From contig JAQGDQ010000870.1 of NCBI GenBank assembly GCA_030141605.1, positions 1 to 64,000 of the forward strand: DNA of 64,000 bases, in the 5' to 3' direction. The position numbers were made by a program, and so were the translations under genes. Below the pieces are notes generated by a model. That model saw only the letters and a program-made list of their open reading frames with translations. It made no database searches and was not told the DNA's origin. Below, in pieces: positions 36,775 to 50,219 of the stretch; position 1 is the stretch's first letter, and each line of letters opens with the position of its first letter. This DNA is from Tubiluchus corallicola (lineage: Eukaryota > Animalia > Priapulida).

Positions 36775-39700
36775 CCATCATCATCATTAATATTATTACA
36801 TCTTCCAGATCTCATTGCGATTCCTGATTTTGCATATGGAGCAATGGAAAATTGGGGACTAGTAACTTACAGGGAAGAATACATGCTTTACGATCCAAAG
36901 ATTTCCACTGTTGCTGACAAGAAATTGATGTGCAGAGTAATTGGACACGAGTTGGCACACATGGTAGCCTGGAAACTACAAACTTTCTTTAGGCTTATTC
37001 TTTACATGAGGACAGTTTTACAGAGGGGGTATTCTTTAAACTGGGAACAGTTTCATAGACTTGTCGCTTAGTTTCACAGTTTACTTAACAAGCGTGGTTC
37101 AACGCTTAATCTAAGTAACTGTGATTGGATTAACAACTATTATCGAATAACAATCGTTATCGATCAGATGTTATTATTAAAGTTTATTGAATTTTTCATA
37201 TAAAAATCATCCGAAATAATCCGAGAAAATACTGAAAATTATTATTGAAAGAAAATGAAGCGAGGTTTTTGGAAGCAGAAAAAGGGAAAGACTACAAAAA
37301 GAAATGACAGCGGGCCAGGGAGTAGAGAGAAAAGAGTGAGTGACTGAGAGAGGGAAAGAGAGAGGGTGGGAGAGGGGAGTGAAACAGTGCTACAACAAGT
37401 CTGTGAAGTGTATTTTGTTTAAAATAATCTGTTTTTAATTGTGAAATGTTTTGTTGCTACACCGCAGTCAACCATTTATGTAATAAATAAAAAACAATAC
37501 AAATCAAGAACCGTCTGATAACGTTAACGCCTTTCCTTGTTTCAGTGGTTTGGTAACCTGGTAACTTGTGACTGGTGGGACCATATCTGGTTAAATGAAG
37601 GCACCGCAAGATTTTTCGAGTTCATCGGCTGTGACTTCACTGACCCAACGTGGATGCTGGTAATTTCGTAATACTGTACAATCGTATTTATGATAAAATA
37701 CTTAAATGTTAGTGTATATTATACTAACCATCTGTGACTTAAATGTGACTTTAAGTGCGAGTGTAATGTGTCATATTTGCTACTATTTGTTAAAATTGTC
37801 TATTGTTACACATTGTCTCAAATTTGGCCATCAATAAAAATACCATCATCGTCAGCTGTACACTGTGTGGTTCATTTTCTACGAGTTATTCTGAGCGTTC
37901 CCTTCTTTTAGAGGTCAGTGTTCATTTGTATTTGATAAAACGTTTCCAGGAGGAGCAACATTTCGTCCTGGATAATTTCCCACCTGCGCTAGAACTCGAT
38001 GCACTGGCCTCCTCACATCCAACTGTGATGGATATCATGACAAATGCGGAGATTGAGAGCACGGGGGATGCAATCACCTCCTCAAGAGTAAGAATGCTTC
38101 TTTTAATTGCATCTTTCAAGTGTGAAGTCTCACTTAGCACTATCAATAAATCTTGTCTTTTTGTGACTCTCTAACTCCATTCTTACTAGGTTAAAGAGTG
38201 TTCTTAGCTACTTTCGAAAAAGCTTGCTCGCTTGTTTCAGTGCACTTCTTCATTTTTATGTAAGATGACATTTCAGTAAATTTAAAACAACTATGTAGTG
38301 TAATTATTACCAGTTCATAAATTATATAGTCTCATAAAGTGATTATAAATTTACTAATACGAAAAAATAGTTAATCAAAATTTCTTCTTAAATTTAATTT
38401 AGAAGATTTTGATGCGACTATTAACGAAAAGAAAGATAGAAGTTTCCTTGTATTCATGTCACATCCGACATAAAAGTAAATTTTCATTTTTGTGTTTTAG
38501 GGGTCGTGTCTTTGCTTAATGATGGAAAGCATGATTGGAAAGGAAGCTTGGTACCATGGAGTAGAAGTATATATTTTATAATTAAAAGATAAAAGCCTGT
38601 CCTTGTGTTTTTTATGCCCACTCACACACTACAGTGAACCCCAAAGTGGCATACCAAGAGAACCAACAAAAGGTTTTAGGCCTCGGAAAGGTTTTAGGCT
38701 AAGTCATAGCCCACTCCCAAATATGGCGGCCAAATGACGTCTAAAAGAACATCTGCACCGCGGGCGAATTCAGCTAGTAATCTATTAAACATTAGTTTTG
38801 TGCAGTTCCGTGTATGTCCTGCTTAAGTTTCAACAACGAGAAAAATTGCTATAATATTTAAGAAAAGGGCTTCCTAATAGCAATAACTTTTTTGTTCATT
38901 CGTTTATTTTTTGCATTCGTTTAGCATCATTTAAACCGATTGGCTTTTGCTACCTCAACAACTGATGATCTTTGGGAATCACTACAATGGGTAAATATCA
39001 GCTTCTTATGCTAGGGATCACAAGGAATCAAAATAGCATTTGAAAATATGAACGTTTGTGGAACTGAATTGTTTAGTTTCGCGAGTTTTTTGTTGCTATA
39101 GTTTTGTCATCAAGCTCCACGGTGAACCCCTCTACCATCTTTATTGACTTATTGACTTATTTAATGCAAATCTAAGATGATGTTATAGATCTTTTGTCAT
39201 CCGCGTTTTTTATAAATATGTTTATTTTCCCATCACCTTTTGTATACAGAACAAAACTCATTAACATACCTTAAGTACTCTAATACAAAGCTGAGACATT
39301 TATAATTACATATCTATAGTTTTACAGTGCGTTAAGTGCAATCTAATGGTGCAAAATGTTAAATTAACGTCTACTGAATCGGCTTAAAGCTCTAATAAAT
39401 CTCTGCGTTATATTAAAGGTAGCTTTGAATTCGTCAAGATTGAAAAGTAAATTACAGTGTAATAATGTATGGATTTTGGTTTCGATATTTAATTCATTAA
39501 TATTAACTGGGAGAAAGTTTGAATTATCTTCCGTGTTTAATTAATTATTAAAATTTCGTTCTAGGCAGTTGAAGATTTAAAAGTGGAGTTAGAAGGAAGA
39601 ACCGTGAAGGAAATAATGGACACGTGGACGTTGCAGATGGGATATCCGCTTTTAATTGTAACAAGAGATTACGGCAACGGCAGAGTCACCGTTGCACAAA

Positions 39701-42700
39701 CTCATTTTCTACGTCAACCAGAGACACAAATTCCACCCAGTATATACAAGTATTAATTGTTGCCTTTGCATTTTTCTTTATATCTTTCTTAATTTTTATC
39801 TTTATCTTTATCTTTATCTTTTTCTTTTTCTTGTTCTTGATCTTGATCTTGATCTTGATCTTGATCTTGATCTTGATCTTGATCTTGATCTTGATCTTGA
39901 TCTTGATCTTGATCTTGATCTTCATCTTCATCTTGATCTTCATCTTCATTTTCATCTTCATCCCTACCTTCAACTTTTGCCTTTGCCTTTGCCTTTACCT
40001 TTATCTTTTTATTTATCCTTGTCCTTATCCTTATCCTGTATTTCAGTCTCTCTTACCTCTGTCTCTATCTTCATTCCATTTGTATCTGCATCTTTACTGT
40101 ATCTGTATCTGTATCTGTATCTGTATCCGTATCCGTATCCGTATCCGTATCCGTATCTGTTTAAGTATCACTGTCTCTGTCTCTGTTTTTACATCTACCA
40201 CATTCAACCTGTTCCATTTACTAAAAAAATGCTGCTTTTAATTTTCAGTTATACGTGGGAAGTGCCTGTTTTTTATACGACTTCCGACCAAAGAAACTTT
40301 ACCAATCCAAGTATTGACTGGATGCACAAAGAAAACTGTAAGCATTGTCAACCAAAATTGACTACTGAGCTGTTTCATGTTTTACAGTTTTTAGATGTCA
40401 GATTACTTTTTTTAATTTCTCTACAGTTATTACTCTCAAGCAATCTGTGCCAAAAGACTCTTGGATCTTGCTCAACGCTGGCGTGAGGGGATTCTACAGG
40501 ATCCTTTATGATGAACGGAACATGGATCTTATTAATGAGCAGCTACAACTGTCTCATCAAGTATGGGTTCACACAACTTGCGTTACATCAGGCATATGAA
40601 TGTTTTATTTAAATGAAACAATACCTATGCTCAATTGATTGCGTTTCCATGACTTAATAGCCAGTATATCCTCGGCAATTAAATGTCTCTTTAACTGGAT
40701 CCACCATTTCGACTTTTTATAACTTTTCGTCGCCAATTACAGGTAATTGGAAGATAATTTCTCAGATCAGCTCTGATCAAAGGCAAGAAATCCTATTTAA
40801 TCTAGACTTTTCACTTCAAGCGTATTCATCCTAATTTAATGTAATAAATTTTTACTTTGCTGTAGAGTATAGATGTGAGAAATCGAGCGCAACTGTTCGA
40901 AGATGTGTTTGAGTTAGCAAGGTTTGCCTTTAATGTTCATTGAACTAATAATTAGACGTAGTATATTTATTTTAATTAATGGTTCACAATCTTAATTTTA
41001 AGATTATCATTAATGACAGTACGAACACACAATTAGCAAATTTTGAAACTGAACTTGTCCGAAAGAAATGAAACATGAATAAGTCGGGGGCATAATCTGG
41101 ATTTGAACCAGGGATCTAAAAGAAAAGATAGGTGAAAAAGCTGGGAAAAAAGCTAGTATAATTGTCACAAATAGAAAGCCTTTGGTTGCTTGTTGCTAAA
41201 ATGTTTTGTAATTGAGCCCACTCTTGCTGGCTAGGAGCGCGCATAAAACATTGAATTTTGTGAACTTTTGCAGGGCCTTGGTTTTGGATCAAGTCAGCGC
41301 ATTGAAAATGCTTGAGTACTTAGATAGAGAAGAAGATTATTTACCTTGGCATGCAGCACTAACTAAGCTCAAATACTTGGATCTGATGCTCATAAAAAGT
41401 GGTTCATACGGTCTTTTCAAGGTATAACTGCCAGAGAAACAAAAAAATGCAAAGAAGCAATTTATTTAAACGTTATCCCACATCCACGCTTAACTGAATA
41501 TGTGATCTTGTTATAGATGCAAGACATTTTGACTTGTGACCGCCACATATATGATTAATTTCCATCAGCAAGCGTCTGAGAAAATATTTAATATTGAAAT
41601 GCCACATTTAGGGTTGCTTAATGCAATTGTTTTTATTTTAGGAGTTTCTAGTAAATCAGATTAAGCCTGTTTACACGATGCTTGGCTGGGATGATCACGA
41701 AGACAAGTTCCAAACGTAAGATGCTCTAAAATTAATTTGTTTCTTCCAAGGTGACTGAAAATTATTTTTGCCATGCTTTTAAATTGATAAATAAATTATA
41801 GGAAAGAAGATCCTAAACAGTGTACCCAAATGGGAGTCCCACTCGGAGAAATACTCGTCTTTTGTAATGTCCAATTCACTTCTCCTTGTTTTTTATAATT
41901 TCTATACAGACTAGAACTAATCATTATTACATGCTTGCCCTAGGGCGTTCGACTTCTTAAGCAAAACAATATTTTAGCGCCTCGAGTCGCCTGGGCAAAA
42001 TTGACAAAAATTAGACAGCTGTTTTATTTTGGCTTAACAATGATCGACCAGGCATCTGAAAGAAAACGTCACTTTTTAATGGGACTAAAATACGTCACTC
42101 GCCACCATTGGCATAAAGTCGACACATAGCCATAAGTGTTAATAATTTAACTTTTCAATAGCCACGCATTTGTCTTTGCAGATATTTAAGAACTTTTAAA
42201 GAAAAAACATGAGAGTGTAAGAAAGAATCGAAGAAAAAATCCAATTACAGGCCTGAAGCGTTTTCATTAGTGCAAAAGAAGAATTAGAAATTACAATCAC
42301 AAGATATTTTTGCACTAAGAATAGAGCAAGCATCTTGCTAACAAAAGACGCATTCATTGCAGGTTATTGCAGATTGACGCCTTGACAACAGCCTGTTACT
42401 ATGGCAACGAGGAGTGCATCAAGATGGCGAAAGAGCTCTATCGAGAATGGATGAACACGGGAGTAAACGAGTATGGTTACCTACCTTTGCCACTTTTTTA
42501 ATAATGCAGTCTTAACTCTTTATATTATGTGGCACAACTTAATTTTCCACCTTTTCACTGTATGGTGATTTTTGTCACATAGACATTATAGCCTTAATGC
42601 AAAATAGTTAGGTGGTCACACTTAATTAAATTTTGGCATTGATGTTTCATAAAGTCGAATAATTGAATGCGATGATTAGTGTGCAAATTCGGTGTGGCAA

Positions 42701-45700
42701 ATCAGGGTTTTTAGTTAGTCAATGTTTTTAAACGAAGTTGAGTTGGCCTAACAAAATTATTAGATGAAGTAAAGTCACTTATAAAAAGTTGCTGAAAAGA
42801 GTGTAGGAAAGTGAGAGGAAGGTTTATTGGATAAATAGAAATAACTGACAGCGAATCACTGAGAGGAGTGAAGATGCAAAAAGTACAATCAAATAAGGAA
42901 GAAAAATTTTGATGAATAAGGTAACAAGAGGAAATCTACATTATTTACAACAGAGAGAAAATGACGAGGAGACAATAAAAGCGTTCGTTGCAGCAGGTGT
43001 GGGTGAAATTTCGTTTTCTTGGGAAACAAACAAGCTAATGTGTTCAAACGCAACAAAGAATTTATAATAATTGCGCAATATGTCGCTAGTATTTTTATAA
43101 TAAATGAACGAAATGCTACGTTTGAAAGCGCCAAAAATAGTTTTTAGATATAAGTAATACTGTTGATTTTGTTACTAATTGCAGAATCTCCCCTGATATC
43201 CAGGGAATTGTGTACTGCACTGCCATAGCGAATGGGGGCGAAGAGGAGTGGTACTGGGCGTGGGATCACTACATCACTAGCCAAACACCTTCCGAGACCA
43301 CAAAACTTCTTCAAGCCATGGCATGCTCTAAGCAAATATGGATTCTGCAAATGTAAGTTCACCAGTTAAGCCAGAAAGATAAACAATGCCCAGCGCAGTC
43401 CTATTTTAGATTTAGTAAGTATTGACAAGATATTGGTTCTTCACGGTGAAAGATATTAGGAGCCACTAATGCCGATTACATATGACATACTGATCACTGT
43501 CTTATTTGTTGGTTAAACATGTTTTTAGAATGCAATATTTTACTTGAAATTTGAGTTTATAAATTGCACCTCAAGGTGAAAATGAACGCTTCTATTAGTG
43601 TCTATAAGTTAGCTGTATAGAGCCCAAAACACTTTATTCTGGTTGTAAATAAAGTTTGTTAAACCATAAACCGGCAAAACGATAAAATTGACATCTGTTT
43701 AGGTTTTTAAAAGTACTGTTTAGGTTTTTAAAAGTACAATTTAAAAATATTCTTTTTTTAAACTGTAGTTTGGTGATAAGAAGCTATGAGATCCCGGCGT
43801 TAGATGGGGTGACCTCGTGCGTGACACCCCTGAAAGTATTAATTATAACCAACTCTGAACTGTATTCCGTCAATGCATCTCGGTGTCTTCCTCCACTACT
43901 TCCGCTGTCTGATTACACTGTTTGATTTGAGCCGCCTTTGGTTGAAGAAGACTGCATAAATAATCACGACCTTTCATCTCAGATGTTATAACTCTCCGAT
44001 AGAAGCATTTGCCTTCTTCTGTTACTGTGGAATCTATATAATAATTTCCGCTGTAGTATAGATATCCCTAATTAGGGAACTAATTAGCCTTTACAATAGT
44101 TTGCGCGAGCCCTGTTTACGCGGATTCTAAAATTAGAAAAAAGTGCAAGTGGTAAGGTGTATTTCATTCAGTTTTTTCTACTTTCACTTCGGAAGTTTCT
44201 TAAATCATTCGCGCTAAGAAAGCAGTTTTTACTAAAGCAATTTTAAAAGGGCTTCCAGTTTGTCGACACTAACGGTTTAATTATGTTTCAGTTGATTAAA
44301 CAACTAACAAAGGTTAGGGAATACGTGGTTTTGCAATACGTAGAAAGATGTGTTCGAACGTATCAACCGAAGTAAAGTAACTTCGAATCTGTTAAGTGTA
44401 TGGGCGGGTATTTACCAGGAAACCTGCTTCACAGTAGCTTCGTCTGCCATATATAATGCCCCGTTCGAGAGAGCATATTTTTACCTTTGCCGGTTCAGTG
44501 TCTTGACTATTATCCTACATATATATATATATATATGTAGTATATATATATATATATATACATATACAGTATACATATGTGAGCTTCATGCCTTCTCTTG
44601 TTTAAGGCTTTTTATTTTTAATATCAGTGGAAACTTCACTTGTATGTAGTTTTCCATTTAAGCGCTCAACTTTTCAAAAAGCGTCTTAGCAATGTGAATA
44701 ATCCGTGTTTACTATTTGTGTGACGACAGAAATCAATAACGCCGAGCAGTAATAGATTCCTGACCACTGGATACAAGACTCATTCTGAACATTTCACTTG
44801 ACGTACTGTCCGTGTTTCTCCTTATAGCCCGTGTAATTAGGATGCATTTATTTTCGAACAGCTAAGAAAACTCCCCCGCTCCAGTGTCACACCATAAAAT
44901 AATAGCCCTTGATAACGAACCTTCGTAATGAATCAGATTTCGATCCCCGCTACATCCATCTGCATTAAGTATTCCCTGTTCCTGCCTGCTACATCCCAGT
45001 TTTCAGAGTGCTGAACTATATAAACGGCTTTTACATATTATAGCGTGTGTAGAATTTAATTTTATAGGTATTTGGAGAAAGTTCTGAATTTAGATGGGGT
45101 TAGGCAGCAGCATGGCGACCGGGTTATACAATATGTAGCCGAAAATGTACTAGGAAGTTACCTCGCCTGGAATTTTCTTAGACAAAATTGGTTTGTACTG
45201 TACAACAGATACACGTACTCGTCATTGAACCGAATGGTTACAACCGTGACCAGTTGGCTCAACACTGAATGGGAACTGGCAGAAGTGAGTTACGTTTTCT
45301 ATTAGTAAATTGGAATTAAATTAAACGCAAATATTTGAAAATAAATAGGGGCCTGCTATAAATGGTTTGACCTTGATTAATCACTCAGAAACATACTTCA
45401 TTCTTACACATACGTACTTAAATCATTATGACGCATAATTATTGCGACATACATAATTAAAATACAAAATGCATGCGGCAAAAATTAGTGCTTATCGCAG
45501 CATAAATTATCATGTAATTATGTGTTTTCACTGCTGGCGCTACTGCTTTCAAGCCCATTTTCGCTTGTCGACCCATATTTTTAAATTCTCACGGTAATTT
45601 AGGTACGTCAGTTTGTCAAGACAATTACAGGACATGGCGATAATGAAGCTTACTGGTCTACGGCGATGGAGAACATTGCAGCTAACATAAAGTGGGTCGA

Positions 45701-45752
45701 GAAAAACGAAAAGTCCATTCATGAGTGGCTAGAATCGTTGCAGGATAATTAA
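33710..45752 (+). CDS. aminopeptidase N-like M1 zinc metallopeptidase, type II membrane protein, about 965 aa, 19 coding exons; catalytic Tyr substituted
   Basis: Exons 33710-34338, 34598-34753, 35378-35501, 36055-36175, 36809-36963, 37546-37659, 37950-38087, 38501-38566, 38925-38990, 39565-39749, 40249-40337, 40427-40560, 40866-40921, 41274-41421, 41642-41715, 42363-42470, 43185-43352, 45068-45284, 45603-45752; all GT-AG, total 2898 nt, open throughout. Features: GCCACCATG start, N-terminal TM anchor, Ser/Thr stalk, RLP, TQMQ...[31 protein letters not shown]...WFGNLVT...[12 protein letters not shown]-terminal ERAP1-like region; AATAAA at about 45863. Confidence 0.93.
36395..36788. repeat. 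trinucleotide low-complexity tract (GAT/GGT/CAT) in aminopeptidase intron
   Basis: Directly visible; source of the spurious poly-His, poly-Ser and poly-Val ORFs. Confidence 0.9.
39790..40185. repeat. compound hexanucleotide array with drifting unit in aminopeptidase intron
   Basis: TTTATC > TTGATC > TTCATC > TTTGCC > TGTATC > CGTATC. Confidence 0.9.
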
Positions 45753-46870
45753 AAATTACTGCGTACGTCCAATTTTGTTTATTTCATTGTAAATTTTGGT
45801 GTTTATATTTTTGTCTCCCTATGGTTATATAATTATAATTTTTGCTGTAACATTAAATTTTGAATAAAGAAATGTGACATTAATGATCGAAAATTCGGAG
45901 TCGAGTCTATGGCCCTATCAAACATTAACGCGATTTATTCAAGTTTTTGGTAATTTTATAATGTGATTATATAACGTCATATTGTTTAATGTTTAATTAT
46001 AATGGCAAATAGATCATGGATTTATAGGTTTGTCTCAAACACTGCGTTAAATAATTCCTAACATATACTTTAAACAATTTAACCTGAACTTAAACAGTAA
46101 ATTTGGTTTTTATACTATTTCTTGTATGTCTTTTATGTAAGTCTTTTTTCTGCTATGGCTAATTAATAATAAGTGAATAATAAAAATGGATTATCATCAT
46201 ATCAGTACTTGTCATGTTTCAATTAATCGGTTCAATCTGCACAGCGGGTTAATATCACATTTGTGAAAACTTAATTTTCATGTCATTATTAAAAGTTAGA
46301 TCAAAAGAAACTAATCAATATTCTAAAGATGTTCACACAAGAACTCAAGGTCCCCGTTGAATATTAATATCACGAAATTATGATAATATTTATATCAGAA
46401 GGGGGCCAAGATATTATATTGGCCACTAGAACAATATAAGCATATATTAGAAACAAACAAAAAACATATTATTAACAAGTTAACTTTATTATTAGAGAAA
46501 CATATATATTTAATATGTAACGTAGGATTAGTAATACAAACAAGCTGGCCTTCTATGTTGTCACAATTGCTTAACATTTCCGACTGAGTTAATGGCCAGT
46601 ACTAGCAAAAGGAGAAATGTTTTTTAACGTAAAATGGTAAAGAGATATAGTATAAGTTTAACTATTATCCAGTTAGATCAATAGTCGTTGTTACCGTTTT
46701 TCTTTTGCCGTTGTTGTTTTCGATTGTCGGTGTCACAGTAGCGACGTTGCTACTGTTGTTGCTGTTATTGCTGTTGCTGTTACTGCTGTCATTATTTTGA
46801 GCATCCGGCTACACGTTTTGTCCTAACACAGCTGACATGACGTTGACACGATTACTGAAATAAAGTATCT

Positions 46871-48187
46871 TTAATATCCTCCGCGTCTAATGTCGACAGG
46901 TAACCTACTCTTTGGCCCGGAATGTACAGGCAGTGATTCAACGTGAACTGGTTGGAAGCGCACTCCACCAGGTGTCTCAAATGCATACGCAGCACCCTCT
47001 TCTACAGCTCCCTCGCCAGAAGCAGTCTGCTGGTATTGCTGGGTGGCATCTTGAGCAGCTTGCCTGGTAGCATCCAGTTGTATTCCAGCTTCGCCAGCTC
47101 CGACTCCAACTCTTTCAGCAGAACTGGATTCCGTCTGCCGAGCGTTCCCAGAACTGTATCGTGTTCCAATAACAACTTGCTGTTGTCGTCCATTTATTGC
47201 TGGACGTGGAGCTGCCGCAGCCGCTTCTGCTCGGGCTCCATTGAAGTCGAATCCTTCGATGTTGACGTATCTGTCTCCAAATCGTTCAATTCCGAAAGCT
47301 TCAGAGTCGATATTTCCAAAATTATTGGGGTTGATGTCGCCGCGGCCAAAACCCTGGATTCCGACTGACCTTATGTTGGAAGTGACGGCAGGAAAGCGCC
47401 TTACGGGTGCTGCATCTACTGCAATGCGTCTCGCTTGTACTGTGGTAACAGCTGGGGCGGCGCCAACAGTTCTGGTAACTCCAACATTTCCAACAAGACC
47501 ACTGCCAATAGTGCCACCAACACCTCTGTAGCCATTAAGGCCCCCATAGCCTCCACCATACCCATTGTAACCTCCACGGTTGCGGATTCCTTGGAATCCT
47601 CTTCCACCAAATCCGCCATATCCACCCCCCAATCCGCCAAAGCCTCCACCATAACCTCCCCTTAATCCCCCGTAACCACCACCAAGTCCACCATAACCAC
47701 CATAGCCACCTCCTAGCCCACCATATCCACTTCCAATCCCACCATAACCACCTCTGAATCCACCACCAATCCCTCCAAATCCTCCATAGCCGCCCCCTAA
47801 TCCACCATATCCTCCACCTATTCCACTATACCCACCTCTATACCCACCACCAATTCCCCCAAAATAGCCACCCCCTGTTCCACCATAGCCACCCCCTATT
47901 CCACCATAGCCACCCCCTATTCCACCATAGCCACCCCCTATTCCACCATAGCCACCCCCTATTCCACCATAGCCACCCCTTATTCCACCATAACCTCCAC
48001 CAATTCCCCCATATCCTCCACCAGTTCTTCCAATTCCACCATATCCTCCACTAATTCCACCATATCCTCCGCCAATACCACCATATCCGCCTCCAATTCC
48101 ACCATATCCGCCTCCACCTAGTAAGAATGACCCTAGAGTACAAGCTAGGGAGCAAGACATCACACTCGTTAGGTACAGCGTCTTCAT
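46871..48187 (-). CDS. SP5: secreted Gly/Tyr-rich (GGGYGG[ILF] repeat) protein with non-repetitive C-terminal half, 438 aa, single coding exon
   Basis: Open 438-codon ORF with signal peptide MKTLYLTSVMSCSLACTLG, an acceptor (ttttag|G ATG) immediately upstream, and 21-nt tandem repeats encoding GGGYGGI. Confidence 0.9.
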   Translation of the reverse strand: MKTLYLTSVMSCSLACTLGSFLLGGGGYGGIGGGYGGIGGGYGGISGGYGGIGRTGGGYGGIGGGYGGIRGGYGGIGGGYGGIGGGYGGIGGGYGGIGGGYGGTGGGYFGGIGGGYRGGYSGIGGGYGGLGGGYGGFGGIGGGFRGGYGGIGSGYGGLGGGYGGYGGLGGGYGGLRGGYGGGFGGLGGGYGGFGGRGFQGIRNRGGYNGYGGGYGGLNGYRGVGGTIGSGLVGNVGVTRTVGAAPAVTTVQARRIAVDAAPVRRFPAVTSNIRSVGIQGFGRGDINPNNFGNIDSEAFGIERFGDRYVNIEGFDFNGARAEAAAAAPRPAINGRQQQVVIGTRYSSGNARQTESSSAERVGVGAGEAGIQLDATRQAAQDATQQYQQTASGEGAVEEGAAYAFETPGGVRFQPVHVESLPVHSGPKSRLPVDIRRGGY

Positions 48188-48239
48188 CCTAAAAGAAAAA
48201 ACTATTTGGAAACAATGTCACAGCATTAGTAATTATTGA

Positions 48240-48378
<139 letters not shown>

Positions 48379-49165
48379 ATAATACATATTCTATTTATGT
48401 AATTTAAGTCATATCAAGATTATTATTACTATAATTACATAAATAGAATATCCGATTCATTCTTGGGGAGTTTCAATAACAGCAGAAATTGAAAAGCCAG
48501 ACCAACATGTTTAGTAGCATAATGAATTTATTATGGTTGCCATTTTTGTCATGTACACATACTGTACACATCCTAAGTGATGTTACTGAGTAATGTATAG
48601 TATGTATACGTTTTAAGTCAATTATTGTTGTCGACAGAATGGCAGTAATTACTTTTTTGATCTTCTGAACTGGGAAGTGAGGAAGGATGAAGAAAAGGAG
48701 AGAAATGAAAAACTTGAATCAAAACTTCGCGTTTACGAGACATTTTTACGAGGCAAGCTACAAGAGAGCATCATCTAAATTTAAGGTTATTTTGAAAGTT
48801 TTAAACGTTAAGCTAGCTTCATGATAGTTATTTGCTGTGTAAGCGGCTCAATGTTTTGCGAAGGAGTAGTGGAACGAATTTAAAAGGCAATTAGTAGTTC
48901 TGCAATTTGGAATAACAAGTTCTAAGTTTTCGGCAAGTTCGAGGAGAAAGGAAAAAGAATAGATAAAAACAAACAAAGCCGTGAACAAGGGCATTTAATT
49001 TTGAGTAACGAACATCATTTCCGCTTTTTCGATATTTACCACGTAGCTGTTTAATTTAGACGCTGGTCAATGTAGTGTTGAATTAAATAAAGAAGAAGGC
49101 AAGCAAGAAGGTCAGTAAGTATGTAAATAAGTAAGTAAGTAAGACACACGCCTATTAACGCGTGT

Positions 49166-49343
49166 TTATGTTTATGTATGTATGTATGTATGTATGTATG
49201 TATGTATGTATGTATGTATGTATGTATGTATGTATGTATGTATGTATGTATGTATGTATGTATGTATGTATGTATGTATGTATGTATGTATGTATGTATG
49301 TATGTATGTATGTGTGTTATGTATGTATGTATGTATGTATGTA
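49166..49343. repeat. (TATG)n microsatellite
   Basis: Directly visible. Confidence 0.95.
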
Positions 49344-49499
49344 AGTAAATCAGAAATTTCTTTATCACCTTCTACAAAATAACAAGACTAAACTAGTAAC
49401 AAAATTTATCACTAAGCGCAAAGATCTTCAGTTTCATTAAGCCGAAAGTAATTAAACCTGACAGTAATCTACGGCGTCAAATTATTTAAAAAATTCTTA

Positions 49500-49597
49500 T
49501 CTTACCTGTTACAAGTATGGCACAAGCTTTCTTAGTACTCAAATCGTAGTGTTAAGCAAATGAGCGAGGAGGCTTTGCCATCTTCTTTCTTTTATAT
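49500..49597 (-). promoter_or_regulatory. putative TATA box and non-coding first exon of SP5
   Basis: TATAAAAG on the minus strand at 49596-49589, donor CAG|GTAAG at 49505, matching acceptor at 48189. Confidence 0.6.
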
Positions 49598-50219
49598 GAC
49601 GCATCTCTCATGTTTGGCCTAGATAACCACTGTGACAATTTTGTTGATTCCCGTACTTATCACAGAGAAAATCACACACAAAATTGACAATGCTAAATGA
49701 TGACACCAAACATGTTGTCAAGTATCATTAGAGTGTCGCCATTTATCACGTGACCTGACGTAACACGCACTATTGTACCTAATCTCTCGTGGTTCGTGTG
49801 ATTTGTGGTTGCTGGCTATCGTAAAAATTTTCGTCTCATTTTTTTCTGAGCTTTTTCGTCCTAGTTTAAAAAGCGAATATGCTTCTGTTTTCATTAGTAA
49901 TGTATTGAGGCCAACAATATAGCTATTAGCAGGCAAGGCTTATCATTCAAACAACAATAGCCGACCCTATCATTATAATGGCTGCTACACTAATTCACTA
50001 AATCTACATTCTCATTCACTTTTAAAAATTGTGTTTATTCGTAGTTATCGTTGACAACGTTCAGTGTTTTTAAATCTTTGTAATTATTGAAGAAAATTTT
50101 GTTATTTCAGACATTTGCTCATCGTTGTGCATAAAACCGTGTAAAAATTCTACTTTGCCAGTCAGTCAGACAGTTAGTCATTCAGTCATTAGTCAGAAAT
50201 TCAGAAAGTTCGTCAGCTA

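Noticed and set aside
36226-36790. Poly-His, poly-Val/Met and poly-Ser ORFs
   Set aside because: Trinucleotide microsatellite inside an aminopeptidase intron.
39624-40486. 205-264-aa ORFs with (IL)n, (LD)n, (KI)n
   Set aside because: Read-through of a hexamer microsatellite intron between two real exons.
46946-47010. Rebers-Riddiford (chitin_bind_4) cuticle domain in SP5
   Set aside because: YAFETPGG...FQP resembles only fragments; the G-x8-G-x6-Y-x-A-x-E-x-G-F spacing is absent, so it is not called as such.
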